Below are positions 1 to 12,052 of a stretch of 64,000 nt of DNA, piece by piece. Both the position numbers and the translations under genes were made by a program. Positions within the stretch are counted from its first letter, which is position 1. Each line of letters opens with the position of its first letter. The stretch is from Desulfosoma sp. (lineage in GTDB: Bacteria > Desulfobacterota > Syntrophobacteria > Syntrophobacterales > DSM-9756): the NCBI GenBank assembly GCA_037481835.1, contig JBBFKW010000005.1:1-64000 (forward strand), in the 5' to 3' direction. The notes below the pieces were generated by a model, which made no database searches, was not told the DNA's origin, and saw nothing but the letters and a program-made list of their open reading frames with translations.

Positions 1-31
1 TCATTCTGAGCCAGGATCAAACTCTCCAGTT
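1..31 (-). rRNA. rrs: 5' end of 16S rRNA gene (continues beyond the left window edge)
   Basis: Reverse complement reads AACTGGAGAGTTTGATCCTGGCTCAGAATGA, containing the universal 27F site AGAGTTTGATCCTGGCTCAG. Confidence 0.97.
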
Positions 32-102
32 TTTTCCTTCTAACCGCACCCCAAAACAAGGCGCGGTCCCTTTCAAAGGCCCAGCACGCACTCACTATTT
101 AG

Positions 103-115
103 TTTTCAAAGAGCA
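103..115 (-). promoter_or_regulatory. rrn leader boxA antitermination element
   Basis: Minus strand TGCTCTTTGAAAA resembles boxA (TGCTCTTTAACA) and lies between the promoters and 16S. Confidence 0.75.
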
Positions 116-126
116 GAGTTTTTTCT

Positions 127-216
127 TTTCTATCCTGCCGCCGTCCGGGAGTCAAGCTTTTTTTTGCACCCCCCGAAAGGCTCGGCCTATGTAGCAAAAG
201 GCCGATCCCGGGTCAA
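127..216 (-). promoter_or_regulatory. Tandem sigma70-type rRNA promoters (P1/P2-like)
   Basis: TTGACC-17bp-TACATA (216-188) and TTGACT-17bp-TAGAAA (155-127) upstream of boxA and 16S. Confidence 0.6.
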
Positions 217-224
217 GGGAAAAT

Positions 225-1517
225 TTACGGGGCCACACAGACCCGTGTCACTTTTTTCTTCCCCGCTCGAAGGAGCACCGCCCCCCCTTGCACACTTTCA
301 AGAGCCACCAGGGCATCGAAGCGATCCAGCCGTTTCCCATTGAGGTAGGCCCCGCCCTGCTGGATGAGCCGGCGCGCGGCACTGCGGCTTTCGCACAGGC
401 CCGCTTCGGCAAAAAGCTCATAGGCCGGAATGCCGGCCTCCAGCCGCGATCGCTCCACGAACAGGGTCGGCACCGCGCCGTCTTCCGTGGAAAGATCCCG
501 CGGGATCCGACTCGACGGCAAAAGATCCCCTGGGATCTCCCGGCGCCCGAACACGTGCCCCGCCGCGCGATAGGCCTCCAAGGCCGCCTCCTCGCCGTGG
601 ACCATCCCCGTCACTTCATAGGCCAAAACCGACTTGGCCGCATTCAAGGCTTCCCCTTCCAGGCGACGCACCCCCTCGATTTCCTCCACCGGCAGCAGGG
701 TGTAGAGCTTGAGGAATCGTTCCACGTCCCGGTCGTCCACATTGACCCAGTATTGGAAGAAGTCGTAGGGCGAGGTCTTTTGAGCGCTGAGCCACACCGC
801 TCCGGCCGCCGTTTTCCCCATCTTGGCCCCCGTCGCCGTCGTCAAGAGCGGGAAGGTGATCCCAAAGGCTTCCCTGTGGAGCTTCTTTCGGATGAGGTCG
901 ATTCCCGCGACGATATTGCCCCACTGGTCGTTGCCTCCCATCTGGAGAAGGCACCCGTAGGTCTTGGCCAAGTGGTAAAAATCGTAGGCTTGCAGAAGCA
1001 TGTAGTTGAACTCGATGAAATTCAGTCCGGTTTCCAGGCGCACCTTGTAGCTTTCCGCCGCGAGCATTCGGTTCACGCTGAAGTGGCGCCCGATGTCTCT
1101 GAGGAAATCGATGTACTTCAGGTCCAGGAGCCATTCGCCGTTGTTCAAGATGAGCGCCTTGCCTTCCCCGAAATCGAGAAAGCGCGACAGCTGGTCCTTG
1201 AGAGCCCTGACATTGTGCCCGATTTGTTCTTCCGTCAGGAGCTGGCGCATCTCCGTGCGCCCGCTGGGATCGCCCACCATGCCCGTCCCTCCGCCCACCA
1301 GGACGATGGGGCGATGCCCGCCGCGCTGCATGTGCACCAGGGCCATGATGGGCACCAAGCTTCCCACGTGAAGGCTGTCGGCCGTAGGGTCGAATCCGAT
1401 GTAGCACGTGGCCGGCTTTTCCAGGAGCTCATGCAGCGCCTCCCGATTGGTGACCTGCTCCACGAAACCCCGTTCCGTCAAGACATCCAGCGTATTCTTT
1501 ACACCCGTCACGCTCAT
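225..1517 (-). CDS. tyrS: Tyrosine--tRNA ligase
   Basis: YIGFDPTADSLHVGS (HIGH-like), QMGGNDQWGNI, KMGKT, C-terminal S4 domain; start moved to ATG 1517. Confidence 0.97.
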   Translation of the reverse strand: MSVTGVKNTLDVLTERGFVEQVTNREALHELLEKPATCYIGFDPTADSLHVGSLVPIMALVHMQRGGHRPIVLVGGGTGMVGDPSGRTEMRQLLTEEQIGHNVRALKDQLSRFLDFGEGKALILNNGEWLLDLKYIDFLRDIGRHFSVNRMLAAESYKVRLETGLNFIEFNYMLLQAYDFYHLAKTYGCLLQMGGNDQWGNIVAGIDLIRKKLHREAFGITFPLLTTATGAKMGKTAAGAVWLSAQKTSPYDFFQYWVNVDDRDVERFLKLYTLLPVEEIEGVRRLEGEALNAAKSVLAYEVTGMVHGEEAALEAYRAAGHVFGRREIPGDLLPSSRIPRDLSTEDGAVPTLFVERSRLEAGIPAYELFAEAGLCESRSAARRLIQQGGAYLNGKRLDRFDALVALESVQGGAVLLRAGKKKVTRVCVAP

Positions 1518-1554
1518 TCCCCTTCCACTGCGCTGCGGCCTGTCTCGCGCCGGC

Positions 1555-3126
1555 TCACTTGGCGTATTCAACAGCTCGAGTCTCCCGAATCACGGTGACT
1601 TTGATCTGCCCGGGATAGGTCAATTCGCTTTCGATGCGTTTGGCGATATCCTTGCTCAAGAGGACCGTGTCGGCATCGCCGACCGATTCGTTTTCCACAA
1701 TAATGCGCAATTCCCGACCCGCTTGGATCGCATACGCCTTGGAAACCCCCTTGAAGGACATGGCGATCTTTTCCAAATTCTCCAACCGACGCACGTAGGA
1801 TTCCAGCAGCTCCTTGCGAGCCCCGGGGCGTGCTCCCGATAAGGCATCCGCCGCCTGCACCAAAATGGCCAGAACGCTTTCCGCGGGAACGTCTTCGTGA
1901 TGGGCGGCGATGGCATTGACGATTTCCGGAGATTCCCCGTGCTTCTTGGCCAGGTCGGCACCGATGAGCGCATGGGGGCCTTCCACTTCATGGTCCACGG
2001 CCTTGCCGATGTCATGCAAGAGGCCCGCTCTCTTCGCCTGCTTCTCGTTGAGCCCCAATTCGGCGGCCATCACCCCGCACAGGAAGGCCACTTCCCGGGA
2101 ATGCTGGAGCACGTTCTGGGCGTAGCTCGTGCGGTATTTGAGCTTGCCCACGAGCTTGATAAGCTCCGGGTCGATCCCGTGCACTCCCACGTCAAAAGCC
2201 GCCTGTTCCCCGGCATCCCGGATGGCGGTGTCGATTTCCTGGCCCACCTTTTCCACGATTTCCTCGATGCGGGCGGGGTGAATTCTCCCATCGGATATGA
2301 GTCGTTCGAGGGAAAGGCGCGCGACTTCGCGGCGGATGGGATTGAATCCCGACAGGATGACCGCCTCGGGAGTGTCATCAATAATGAGGTCGATGCCGGT
2401 TGTCGCTTCCAAAGCGCGGATGTTTCGCCCTTCCCGCCCGATGATGCGTCCCTTCATTTCATCATTGGGCAGGTTCACCACGGAGACGGTCTTTTCCACC
2501 ACGTAATCGCCCGCGTACCTTTGGATCGCCAGCGCGATGATTTCTTTCGCCTTCTTGTCCGCCTGCTCCCGCACCTCCGCTTCGATGCGCTTCACCGTCA
2601 AGGCCGCCTCGTGGCGCGCCTCATCTTCGATGCTCTTGATGAGCATTTCCTTGGCTTCTTGGGCTGAGATGCCCGAGAGGGATTCCAGCTTGAGCCTCTG
2701 GGCTTCAATGAGCCCCTCCAGCTCCTTGGACCGATCGTCCAGCTCCTTTTCCTTGTCCAGGAGCATCTTTTCTTTCTTGGCGATGGCGTTTTCTCTCTTG
2801 TCCAGCGCCTCGGATTTCTTGTCCAGGTTTTCTTCTTTTTGGAGGAGCCGCTTTTCGAGATTCTGGAGTTCCTTTCGGGTTTCCTTGGTTTCCTTTTCGA
2901 AATCCGCCTTCATGCGAAAGATGTTGTCTTTCGCCTGAAGAATCGCCTCCTTCTTAAGGGTTTCGGCTTCTTTGCGGGCTTCTTCCAGCAGATGCTCGGA
3001 TTCCCGCCTTTCCTGCTCGCTCTTGCGCTGGAGCACCAGACGCCATCCCAAGGCGCCGGCGCCCATGCCCACCACAAGAGCCACAAAGGCCACAATCACC
3101 ATGCCGACCTGTCCCATATGGCTCAT
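1555..3126 (-). CDS. rny: Ribonuclease Y
   Basis: N-terminal TM helix, coiled coil, KH domain ([12 protein letters not shown]), HD motif (LLHDIGKA), C-terminus [15 protein letters not shown]. Confidence 0.97.
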   Translation of the reverse strand: MSHMGQVGMVIVAFVALVVGMGAGALGWRLVLQRKSEQERRESEHLLEEARKEAETLKKEAILQAKDNIFRMKADFEKETKETRKELQNLEKRLLQKEENLDKKSEALDKRENAIAKKEKMLLDKEKELDDRSKELEGLIEAQRLKLESLSGISAQEAKEMLIKSIEDEARHEAALTVKRIEAEVREQADKKAKEIIALAIQRYAGDYVVEKTVSVVNLPNDEMKGRIIGREGRNIRALEATTGIDLIIDDTPEAVILSGFNPIRREVARLSLERLISDGRIHPARIEEIVEKVGQEIDTAIRDAGEQAAFDVGVHGIDPELIKLVGKLKYRTSYAQNVLQHSREVAFLCGVMAAELGLNEKQAKRAGLLHDIGKAVDHEVEGPHALIGADLAKKHGESPEIVNAIAAHHEDVPAESVLAILVQAADALSGARPGARKELLESYVRRLENLEKIAMSFKGVSKAYAIQAGRELRIIVENESVGDADTVLLSKDIAKRIESELTYPGQIKVTVIRETRAVEYAK

Positions 3127-3353
3127 CCTTCCTTTCTGAAGGCCCCCGGGCATTGCCCGCCCGCGGGGCTCTTGCGTTTTAATTGGTCATGCGCGCACTT
3201 TTTCCCGAAACCGCATCATAGACCCGTCATGCTGTGAACGAACCTTTTGAAGACGGAGATGTTTCTTGGAGGGACGCCCGCGGGCTCGACCTTTGGGGTG
3301 GCAAGCCCACAGACAAGCAGCAGGCGAGATCAGGCGTGAAGATAAAAGAAGAG

Positions 3354-3536
3354 GGAAGCCCCCGCCTTGTGCCGTGTCGGCAGTCGGTCTTGAACCGATT
3401 CAGCGAAGTGGGCGTTCCATCGTTCCTTTAGGCGCATCGGCGATGCGACGCGCTCACCGGAACGAGCGGGAACCCCCCGTTTGTTGGTGTTGGCTCAGGA
3501 ACGCTCTGCCAATCACGGACACCGCAGGGGCTCACG
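3354..3536 (-). ncRNA. ssrS: 6S RNA
   Basis: ~180 nt rod whose ends pair (GAGCCCCTGCGGTGTCCGTG ... CACGGCACAAGGCGGGGGCTT), with CTGAGCC/GGTTCAAG central-bubble flanks; typical position upstream of rny; boundaries approximate. Confidence 0.85.
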
Positions 3537-3945
3537 TGACACTGACTCCCGGGCTGGATCCTTCGAAGCCCCGCTTGTTTTTCATCTGCACAGCAACTCC
3601 TTCGGCTCCGTTGGGTTCATCCGTTGTCTCTTCTCCGCGGACTCTGGACCCTACCCTTTCTCCTCATATCTCGATTTGCTCATCGCCTCTCCCCGGGGCA
3701 CACCCACATGCCTTCGGGTTCGGCACGGCAAAAACATCAAAATGCTTTTCGGCACAACTCGCCTGAACTGCTTTCGCTTTCCCCTGTGCCAAGCCTCTTG
3801 GGTCTCGGCCCTGAACGGCCTGGATACGGCACTTTTACTCCATCTTCTTTAACCCGCTTAAATCACATACATTTTTCTCGGTTCAATGAATTCTATGCGT
3901 AAAATCAGAACAAAGTCAAGTTCAAACTCTTCGGAACGCCCCTGC

Positions 3946-5778
3946 TCATTCCACGGTGACGCTCTTGGCCAAATTCCGCGGCTGATCCACGTCCGTGCCG
4001 CGCAGGTCCGCCATGTGATAGGCCAGGAGCTGCAAAGGGACGGCAAAAACGACGGGGGCGAGCCACGGACTGGTTTGAGGCACGGGAAACTGCAGGACAT
4101 CGTCCCCCAGCCGTGCATCCTTGCCGCCTTCGACGAAAGCCAAGACCTTGCCGCCTCGAGCTTTCACTTCCTGCACGTTGGAGAGCATCTTCTCATAGAG
4201 CGGGCCTTTTTGCACCAAAACCACCACCGGCATTTTTTCGTCGATCAAGGCGATGGGGCCGTGTTTCATTTCTCCGGCCGCATAACCTTCGGCGTGGATA
4301 TAGGAAATTTCTTTCATCTTCAGCGCCCCTTCCAAAGCGATGGGGTAAAGAGGGCCCCGCCCAAGGTAAAGGAAATGATCACGGTCCATGAACTGTCGTG
4401 CCCACTCGCGGATCGTCTCCTCACCGCCGAGCACCTCGTCGATTTTTCCCGGAAGTTCCCGGAGCGCTTGGATGTGAAAAGACATCTCGCCCGGCTGGAG
4501 CTTTCCAGCTGCATCTGCCCAATAGAGGGCGAACAGAAACAGGGCCACCAACTGAGTCGTGAAGGCCTTGGTGGAAGCCACTCCGATTTCCGGACCGGCA
4601 TGGGTGTAGAGCACGCCGCCGGCCATGCGAGCCAGGCTGCTTCCGACCACGTTGACAATGGCTCGGCAATGCGCTCCCTTTTCCAGGCCCTCTTTCAGCG
4701 CCGCTCGTGTATCGGCGGTCTCGCCCGACTGACTGACCACGACGAGGAGCGTCTCTCCGTTCAGGAGCGGCCCCCTATAGCGGAATTCTGAGGCGAGATC
4801 CACTTCCACCGGAACACGGCACATGTTTTCCAGCATGTATTTACCCACCAGACAAGCGTGGAATGACGTGCCGCACGCGACAAGATACATGCGGGCGATG
4901 GAATCCACGAAGGATTCTGAAATGTTTAGGTCGGCAAAGCGAAGCCGTTCCCGGTTGAAATCCACCACACTGCGTAAGGTATCGATGATGGCCCTCGGCT
5001 GCTCAAAGATCTCCTTTTGCATGAAATGCTTGTATCCCGCCTTTTCTGCAGCCACCGGGTTCCAATCCACGGTTTGAACGACATAAGGGCGCGCCTTTCC
5101 CTCCACCGTTTCGATGTGGAAGCCGTCTCTCCGCACGACCACAAGATCATCATCGTCCAAGAGCACGATGTCTCTCGTTTGATGCAAAATGGCAGGAATA
5201 TCGGAGGCAAAGTAATAGGCCCCCTCCCCAATGCCGAGAATCAAGGGGCTTTCCCTGCGAGCCCCCACCAACACATCGGGTTCCTGTTCATTGAGAAAGA
5301 CAACGGCGAAGCTGCCCTTCAGTTGGCGCAGCGCCGCCCTCACGCTCTCAATGTAATCACCGTTTCGACGCCATTCGTCTTCCAGGAGTTTGACAATCAC
5401 TTCCGTATCGGTTTCCGAAGTGAAGGTGTGGCCCTTGGCGCTCAGCCGCTCTTTGATGTCCGCATAGTTTTCGATGATCCCGTTGTGGACGACGGCGAAC
5501 GGACCTGATCTGTGGGGGTGGGCGTTTTCGTCGCTGGGTGCGCCGTGGGTTGCCCATCGGGTATGCCCGATCCCTATCGTTCCTTTGATCGGGTTCACTG
5601 CAAGCCGTTTTTCCAGCTCGCGGATCTTCCCCACACAGCGCACCGTTTGAATCTGCAAGGACTCATCGACCATGGCGATCCCGGCACTGTCGTAGCCTCT
5701 GTATTCCAGCCGTCGAAGCCCTTCGACGATGATATCCACTCCATCCTCATTGCCGATGTAGCCCACGATCCCGCACAT
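3946..5778 (-). CDS. glmS: Glutamine--fructose-6-phosphate aminotransferase
   Basis: MCGIVGY N-terminus, GHTRWATHG, SQSGETAD, C-terminus PRNLAKSVTVE. Confidence 0.98.
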   Translation of the reverse strand: MCGIVGYIGNEDGVDIIVEGLRRLEYRGYDSAGIAMVDESLQIQTVRCVGKIRELEKRLAVNPIKGTIGIGHTRWATHGAPSDENAHPHRSGPFAVVHNGIIENYADIKERLSAKGHTFTSETDTEVIVKLLEDEWRRNGDYIESVRAALRQLKGSFAVVFLNEQEPDVLVGARRESPLILGIGEGAYYFASDIPAILHQTRDIVLLDDDDLVVVRRDGFHIETVEGKARPYVVQTVDWNPVAAEKAGYKHFMQKEIFEQPRAIIDTLRSVVDFNRERLRFADLNISESFVDSIARMYLVACGTSFHACLVGKYMLENMCRVPVEVDLASEFRYRGPLLNGETLLVVVSQSGETADTRAALKEGLEKGAHCRAIVNVVGSSLARMAGGVLYTHAGPEIGVASTKAFTTQLVALFLFALYWADAAGKLQPGEMSFHIQALRELPGKIDEVLGGEETIREWARQFMDRDHFLYLGRGPLYPIALEGALKMKEISYIHAEGYAAGEMKHGPIALIDEKMPVVVLVQKGPLYEKMLSNVQEVKARGGKVLAFVEGGKDARLGDDVLQFPVPQTSPWLAPVVFAVPLQLLAYHMADLRGTDVDQPRNLAKSVTVE

Positions 5779-5859
5779 AGTATCTCTCCCTTCTTGGGTC
5801 CCCCTCTATGCTGCACGCTCTTCTATACAATTCGGCAAACCAGCCGTCATCTCCAAACG

Positions 5860-5890
5860 AAAAAGGCCCCGCCGCTTGCGCGACGGGGCC
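5860..5890 (-). terminator. Rho-independent terminator after atpC
   Basis: Minus strand GGCCCCGTCGC-GCAA-GCGGCGGGGCC followed by TTTTT. Confidence 0.8.
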
Positions 5891-5912
5891 GCTCTCCTCT
5901 AGCCTGGTCCGG

Positions 5913-6317
5913 CTATCGCCGTTCGGCAACTTTCAAACGTGCCAGAGCTCTTTGCAAGGCCGCCTGAGCTCTCGCGAACTCGACCCGGTCCTTGGCCTCC
6001 CGCAAACGCCGCTCGGCACGTTCCTTGGCCGCTTGCGCCCGGATCACGTCGATGTCCGTCGCCTCCTCCGCCGCGGTGGCAAGGATTGTGACCTTATCCG
6101 GCAGGACCTCGGCGTAGCCACCCATGATCGCCACGTACCTCGTGCTGGCCCCGACCTTAAAGCGTAGCTCACCGACTTTGAGCTTTGTCAGGAAGGGGAT
6201 ATGATTGACCAAGACGCCGAACTCGCCAAGTTCCCCAGGGGCCACGACCATATCCACTTCTTCGCTCAGGACCTTTCGGGCCGGGGTGACGATTTCCAAC
6301 AACAATTTTCCCGCCAT
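5913..6317 (-). CDS. atpC: ATP synthase F1 epsilon subunit
   Basis: LEIVTP...GEFGVLVNHIP...GGYAEV; position after atpD. Confidence 0.96.
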   Translation of the reverse strand: MAGKLLLEIVTPARKVLSEEVDMVVAPGELGEFGVLVNHIPFLTKLKVGELRFKVGASTRYVAIMGGYAEVLPDKVTILATAAEEATDIDVIRAQAAKERAERRLREAKDRVEFARAQAALQRALARLKVAERR

Positions 6318-6342
6318 GATTGCTCACCGTTCGCTCAGAAGG

Positions 6343-7773
<1,431 letters not shown>

Positions 7774-7790
7774 TTATTTCGAACCATCGC

Positions 7791-8660
7791 CTACTTCTTG
7801 AGAGCCTCAGCGCCACCAACGATGTCCATGAGCTCCTTCGTGATGGACGCCTGCCGGGCCTTGTTATAGGTGAGCGTCAGGCTCCGCACCATATCCTTAC
7901 AGTTGTTGGTGGCGTTTTCCATCGCTGTCATCCGGGCCGCGTGTTCGCTGACCGCCGTCAGGTAGAAGCAGTCCAGGAGCTGGTTGTACACGTAGTTGGG
8001 CAACAAATCGTTGAGGAGCTCTTGATGCGATGGCTCAAAAAGGTATTCCCGCGCTTCACTTTCCGCCTGCGTTTCCGGAACGATGGGCAGAAGGCGGATG
8101 AGACGGGGTTCCTGCTTCACCATGCTGCGGAAATGGCTGTAAATGACGTACACCTCATCCACCTCGCCGTCCAGGAAGAGGTCGATGAGCTCCCGCCCCA
8201 AGCGGTAGGCGTCGTCATAGTTGGGCTTGTTCAAAAGCCCCGTCAGCTCCGCTCTCATGGCGTAGCGGCGCCGTCTGAAATAATCCCGCCCTTTGCGTCC
8301 CGCCGCCGTCAGCGTCACATCCAGTCCATCGCGGCGTTTCTGCGTGATAAAGCGCTCCGCCGTGACGATCAGGTTGTTGTTGAAGCTGCCGCACAGACCC
8401 CTGTCCGCCGTAAGGAGCACCAATTCGATCTTCTTGACCTCCTCGCGCGGGGTCATGAGCTGGAACGTTCCGTCCGGTTCAACCCCGGCCGCAAGCCTCC
8501 CGATGACCTCCCGAAACTTTTCCGCGTAGTTTCGGAAGCGTTCCATATTCTCCTGGGCGCCGCGCAGTTTCGCCGCCGCCACCATGTTCATGGCCTTGGT
8601 GATCTGCGAGGTCTTTTTTACCGCTTCGATCTTGCGCTTAATATCCCGAAGGGTCGCCAT
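7791..8660 (-). CDS. atpG: ATP synthase F1 gamma subunit
   Basis: ITKAMNMVAAAK, DRGLCGSFN, NKARQASITKE. Confidence 0.98.
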   Translation of the reverse strand: MATLRDIKRKIEAVKKTSQITKAMNMVAAAKLRGAQENMERFRNYAEKFREVIGRLAAGVEPDGTFQLMTPREEVKKIELVLLTADRGLCGSFNNNLIVTAERFITQKRRDGLDVTLTAAGRKGRDYFRRRRYAMRAELTGLLNKPNYDDAYRLGRELIDLFLDGEVDEVYVIYSHFRSMVKQEPRLIRLLPIVPETQAESEAREYLFEPSHQELLNDLLPNYVYNQLLDCFYLTAVSEHAARMTAMENATNNCKDMVRSLTLTYNKARQASITKELMDIVGGAEALKK

Positions 8661-8694
8661 ACCCGCCTCTTTTCAGCCTGGCCCGTTCCCAGAA

Positions 8695-10212
8695 TTATCC
8701 CTGAAAGACTTCCCCGAACTCTTCCAGTGCCTTGGCCATCTTCTGGTCCAGCTCCTCGCTGATGACCTTCTTCTCCTTAATCTCCTGCAGGATTTCGGGG
8801 TACTTCCTTTCCACAAACGCAAGCATCTGGCTTTCGTACGCCCCGACCTTATCCACAGGAATCTTGTCCAAATAGCCGCGGGTGCCGGCGTAGAGCGCCA
8901 TGACCTGTTTCTCGGCGGGCATAGGCTGATATTGCGGTTGCTTCAGCAGCTCCACCAGCCTCATACCGCGGTTGAGCTGTTGTTGGGTCGCCTTGTCCAG
9001 GTCGCTTCCGAACTTGGCGAAGGCTTCCAATTCCCGGTACTGGGCGAGATCGAGGCGCAACCGGCCCGCTACCTGTTTCATGGCCTTGGTCTGGGCGGCG
9101 CCACCGACTCGGGAGACCGAAAGACCCACGTTGATGGCGGGACGGACACCCGCAAAGAACAGACCGGGTTCCAAGTAGATCTGCCCGTCGGTGATGGAGA
9201 TCACGTTGGTGGGAATATAGGCCGAAACGTCGCCGGCTTGCGTTTCGATGATGGGCAGTGCCGTGAGCGATCCTCCGCCGAGCTTGTCATTCAGCTTGGC
9301 CGCCCGTTCCAGCAGGCGCGAGTGGTTGTAGAAGATGTCGCCGGGATAGGCTTCACGTGCGGGGGGCCGCCTGAGCAGCAGGGACACCTGCCGGTAGGCC
9401 GCGGCCTGCTTGGACAGGTCGTCGTAGATGATAAGGGCGTGACGGCCCGTATCCCTGTAGTATTCACCCATGGCGCAGCCCGCGTACGGAGCGATGTATT
9501 GCAGGGGGGCAGGGTCGCTGGCACACGCGGCCACCACCACGGTATATTCCATGGCCCCGTGACGACGCAGCGTTTCCACCACCTGGGCTACCGTGGACTT
9601 CTTCTGACCGACGGCAACGTAAATACAAATGATACCGCTGTCCTTCTGATTAATGATGGCGTCCACGGCGATGGCCGTTTTTCCGATCTGCCGGTCGCCG
9701 ATGATGAGCTCGCGCTGACCGCGGCCCACCGGCGTCATGGCGTCAATGGCCTTAAGCCCCGTGTACATGGGCTCGTTCACGGGCTGGCGAGCGATGACGC
9801 CCGGTGCGATGCGTTCGATCCGGGAGAATTCCTTGGCCTCAATGGGCCCTTTGCCATCCAAGGGATTGCCCACGGGGTCCACAATACGCCCGATAACCGC
9901 ATCGCCCACCGGCACTTCGGCGATGCGCCCCGTTCGCCGCACCTCGGCCCCTTCCTTGATGTGGATGTCTTCGCCCATGATGGCCACACCCACGTTGTCT
10001 TCTTCGAGGTTCAGGGCCAAGCCGAAAATGGGTCCGTGATCCGTAGGGAACTCAAGCAATTCCATGGACATGCACTTCTCGACACCGTAGACGCGCGCGA
10101 TGCCGTCACCGACGGAGAGAACACGCCCGGTTTCGCTGAGCTCAACCTTCTTCTCGTAGTCCTTGATCTGCTCGCGGATAATTTGGCTGATTTCTTCGGC
10201 TCTGATTTCCAT
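8695..10212 (-). CDS. atpA: ATP synthase F1 alpha subunit
   Basis: [24 protein letters not shown]. Confidence 0.99.
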   Translation of the reverse strand: MEIRAEEISQIIREQIKDYEKKVELSETGRVLSVGDGIARVYGVEKCMSMELLEFPTDHGPIFGLALNLEEDNVGVAIMGEDIHIKEGAEVRRTGRIAEVPVGDAVIGRIVDPVGNPLDGKGPIEAKEFSRIERIAPGVIARQPVNEPMYTGLKAIDAMTPVGRGQRELIIGDRQIGKTAIAVDAIINQKDSGIICIYVAVGQKKSTVAQVVETLRRHGAMEYTVVVAACASDPAPLQYIAPYAGCAMGEYYRDTGRHALIIYDDLSKQAAAYRQVSLLLRRPPAREAYPGDIFYNHSRLLERAAKLNDKLGGGSLTALPIIETQAGDVSAYIPTNVISITDGQIYLEPGLFFAGVRPAINVGLSVSRVGGAAQTKAMKQVAGRLRLDLAQYRELEAFAKFGSDLDKATQQQLNRGMRLVELLKQPQYQPMPAEKQVMALYAGTRGYLDKIPVDKVGAYESQMLAFVERKYPEILQEIKEKKVISEELDQKMAKALEEFGEVFQG

Positions 10213-10763
10213 TAACCCAGCTCACCCCTTTTCAAAGATTCTTTGATTGCTTGTAACTGCGTTCGCACGCTGCCATCTATCACCAGATCGCCGATGCGAG
10301 CCACCGCACCCCCGATGAGGTTCGGGTCCTGCTGAAACTCGATGACGATCTTCTTACCGGTCAGCCGTCCCAGCGTCTCCGCGATCTTGGCGATCGCCCC
10401 CTCATCCAGCTTGACTGCAGCGCTGAGCTTGGCGCGAGCCACATTGTGGTGCTCGTCGGTCAGCCTCTGGAAGTATTGGGAAATCTCCGCAAGATGCCGG
10501 ATCCTCCCTTTCTCCACCAGCAGCGTCCCGAAGCTGCGCATCACGGGACTCATCTCAGCCTTTTGCGCCAGAGTGAGGAAGACAGATTTCTTCACGTCCT
10601 CCGGGTAGAGGGGGTTGGCCAGGGCGTCCATGAGCGCCGGCTGCTGATCGAGGAGCTGCACCAACCCCTGCAGCTCTTGCCCGTACTCGGTCAGCTTCCC
10701 GTCCTCTAAGGCGAGATTAAATAGGGCCTTGGCGTATCGTTTGGCGACAATTAAGTTCTTCAC
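10212..10763 (-). CDS. atpH: ATP synthase F1 delta subunit
   Basis: [13 protein letters not shown]...IGDLVIDGS. Confidence 0.96.
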   Translation of the reverse strand: MKNLIVAKRYAKALFNLALEDGKLTEYGQELQGLVQLLDQQPALMDALANPLYPEDVKKSVFLTLAQKAEMSPVMRSFGTLLVEKGRIRHLAEISQYFQRLTDEHHNVARAKLSAAVKLDEGAIAKIAETLGRLTGKKIVIEFQQDPNLIGGAVARIGDLVIDGSVRTQLQAIKESLKRGELG

Positions 10764-11338
10764 TTTGCCTCCACCGCCTTTGTGATGAATTCGTCAATCA
10801 AACGATCCTGATCCTCGGGCCTTATATTCTTTTTGAGAAGATCCTCCGCCGCACTCACGGAAAGTTCGGCGATCTCCTCTTGCAGACTCTCTTTCGCCGC
10901 CTTGATTTCCTGCTGGATGGCCAGCCGCGCCTGTTCCTTGATGTACTGCGCCTGCTTTTGAGCCGCCTGGATGATCTTTTCCTTCTCCGCCTCGCCTTCC
11001 TGGATGTATTCGGCCATGATTTTTTCTGTTTCTTGATCCAGGGCCGCGAGCTTGGCCTGGTATTCCGCCGCCTTGGCTTCCACTTCCTTTTTCTTTTCCT
11101 CGAGATCGCTCAGCAAGCGCTGGATATTTTCCCGGCGAGACGAGAAGAAATTGGCCACAGGCTTTTTCAGCAGCTTGATAAGGATTGCCAGCATGATGGC
11201 GAAGTTCATGAGCCGCAAAAAGAAATCCTTCCACGGCAGCCCCGCCTCATGCCCCCCGGCGCCCGATGCATAAGCTGCGGTTGCCATAAGAAGCCCTGCC
11301 GCCACAAGTGCCGCTGACGTCGCTTTCCTTCCCTTCAT
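10760..11338 (-). CDS. atpF: ATP synthase F0 subunit b
   Basis: TM segment (RLMNFAIML) followed by charged coiled coil; operon position. Confidence 0.92.
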   Translation of the reverse strand: MKGRKATSAALVAAGLLMATAAYASGAGGHEAGLPWKDFFLRLMNFAIMLAILIKLLKKPVANFFSSRRENIQRLLSDLEEKKKEVEAKAAEYQAKLAALDQETEKIMAEYIQEGEAEKEKIIQAAQKQAQYIKEQARLAIQQEIKAAKESLQEEIAELSVSAAEDLLKKNIRPEDQDRLIDEFITKAVEAK

Positions 11339-11388
11339 TGATCGCCCCTTAGCTCTGAGACACCCACGCTTTCGCCATACCCCCGAAA

Positions 11389-11814
11389 TTAAAGACTGCG
11401 ACCGAGGATCCGCTGCGCCATCTCTCTAGAAAATTCCTGGATCTGCGCCTGCAGCTGGGCCCGCACCTGGCCGATTTCCTTTTGTACCCGTTCCCGCACC
11501 GCCTGCACTTCCTTGGCGGCCTCCTCCGTGGCCATGCTCAAGAGGTCCTTCTCCGTGCGATAGGCCGCCTCTTTCAGCTCTTGAATCTTTTCGCGTCCGG
11601 CGGCCCGTGCGGCCTTCAGGCGCTCTTCGAACTCCCGCAGCGCCCTCTGGGCTTCGCTTTCCGCCTTGTCGATGCCCGCCCTCTGCTTGGAGACCAGCTC
11701 GTTTCTCTGGGCCACCAGGCGCCGGATCGGCCTGTAGAGCACCAGATTCATGAGCACCAAAAGCAGGAGGAAGTTGGCCATCTGAATGAACAGTGTCACA
11801 TCGACGTTGATCAT
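11389..11814 (-). CDS. ATP synthase F0 subunit b'
   Basis: MINVDVTLFIQMANFLLL...LYRPI b-family N-terminus; start moved to ATG 11814. Confidence 0.9.
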   Translation of the reverse strand: MINVDVTLFIQMANFLLLLVLMNLVLYRPIRRLVAQRNELVSKQRAGIDKAESEAQRALREFEERLKAARAAGREKIQELKEAAYRTEKDLLSMATEEAAKEVQAVRERVQKEIGQVRAQLQAQIQEFSREMAQRILGRSL

Positions 11815-12052
11815 GATCGTCCCACCCTCGCTTTTGTTGTTCCCATGCCCACGGCAGCCCGGGCGAACCATGGGCCGCCATGTCCTTGCTGTCACAATCT
11901 ATCCGCAGGGGGTTTCTCTATTTATTCCGACCGGATCGAGGCTCGGAATCTTCTGATGAGCGAGTCCATAGCACACCTCGAAAGGGTTGGCAAGGGAAAA
12001 AGTAAAAAAAATCACAATGCCCTGAACCTTCCCTGTGGTCCCTTTCCCGCTG

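Noticed and set aside
1518..1554. T-box leader for tyrS
   Set aside because: The gap to rny is only 37 nt
5779..5860. glmS ribozyme upstream of glmS
   Set aside because: Only about 80 nt between the atp terminator and the start codon, with no recognisable ribozyme core
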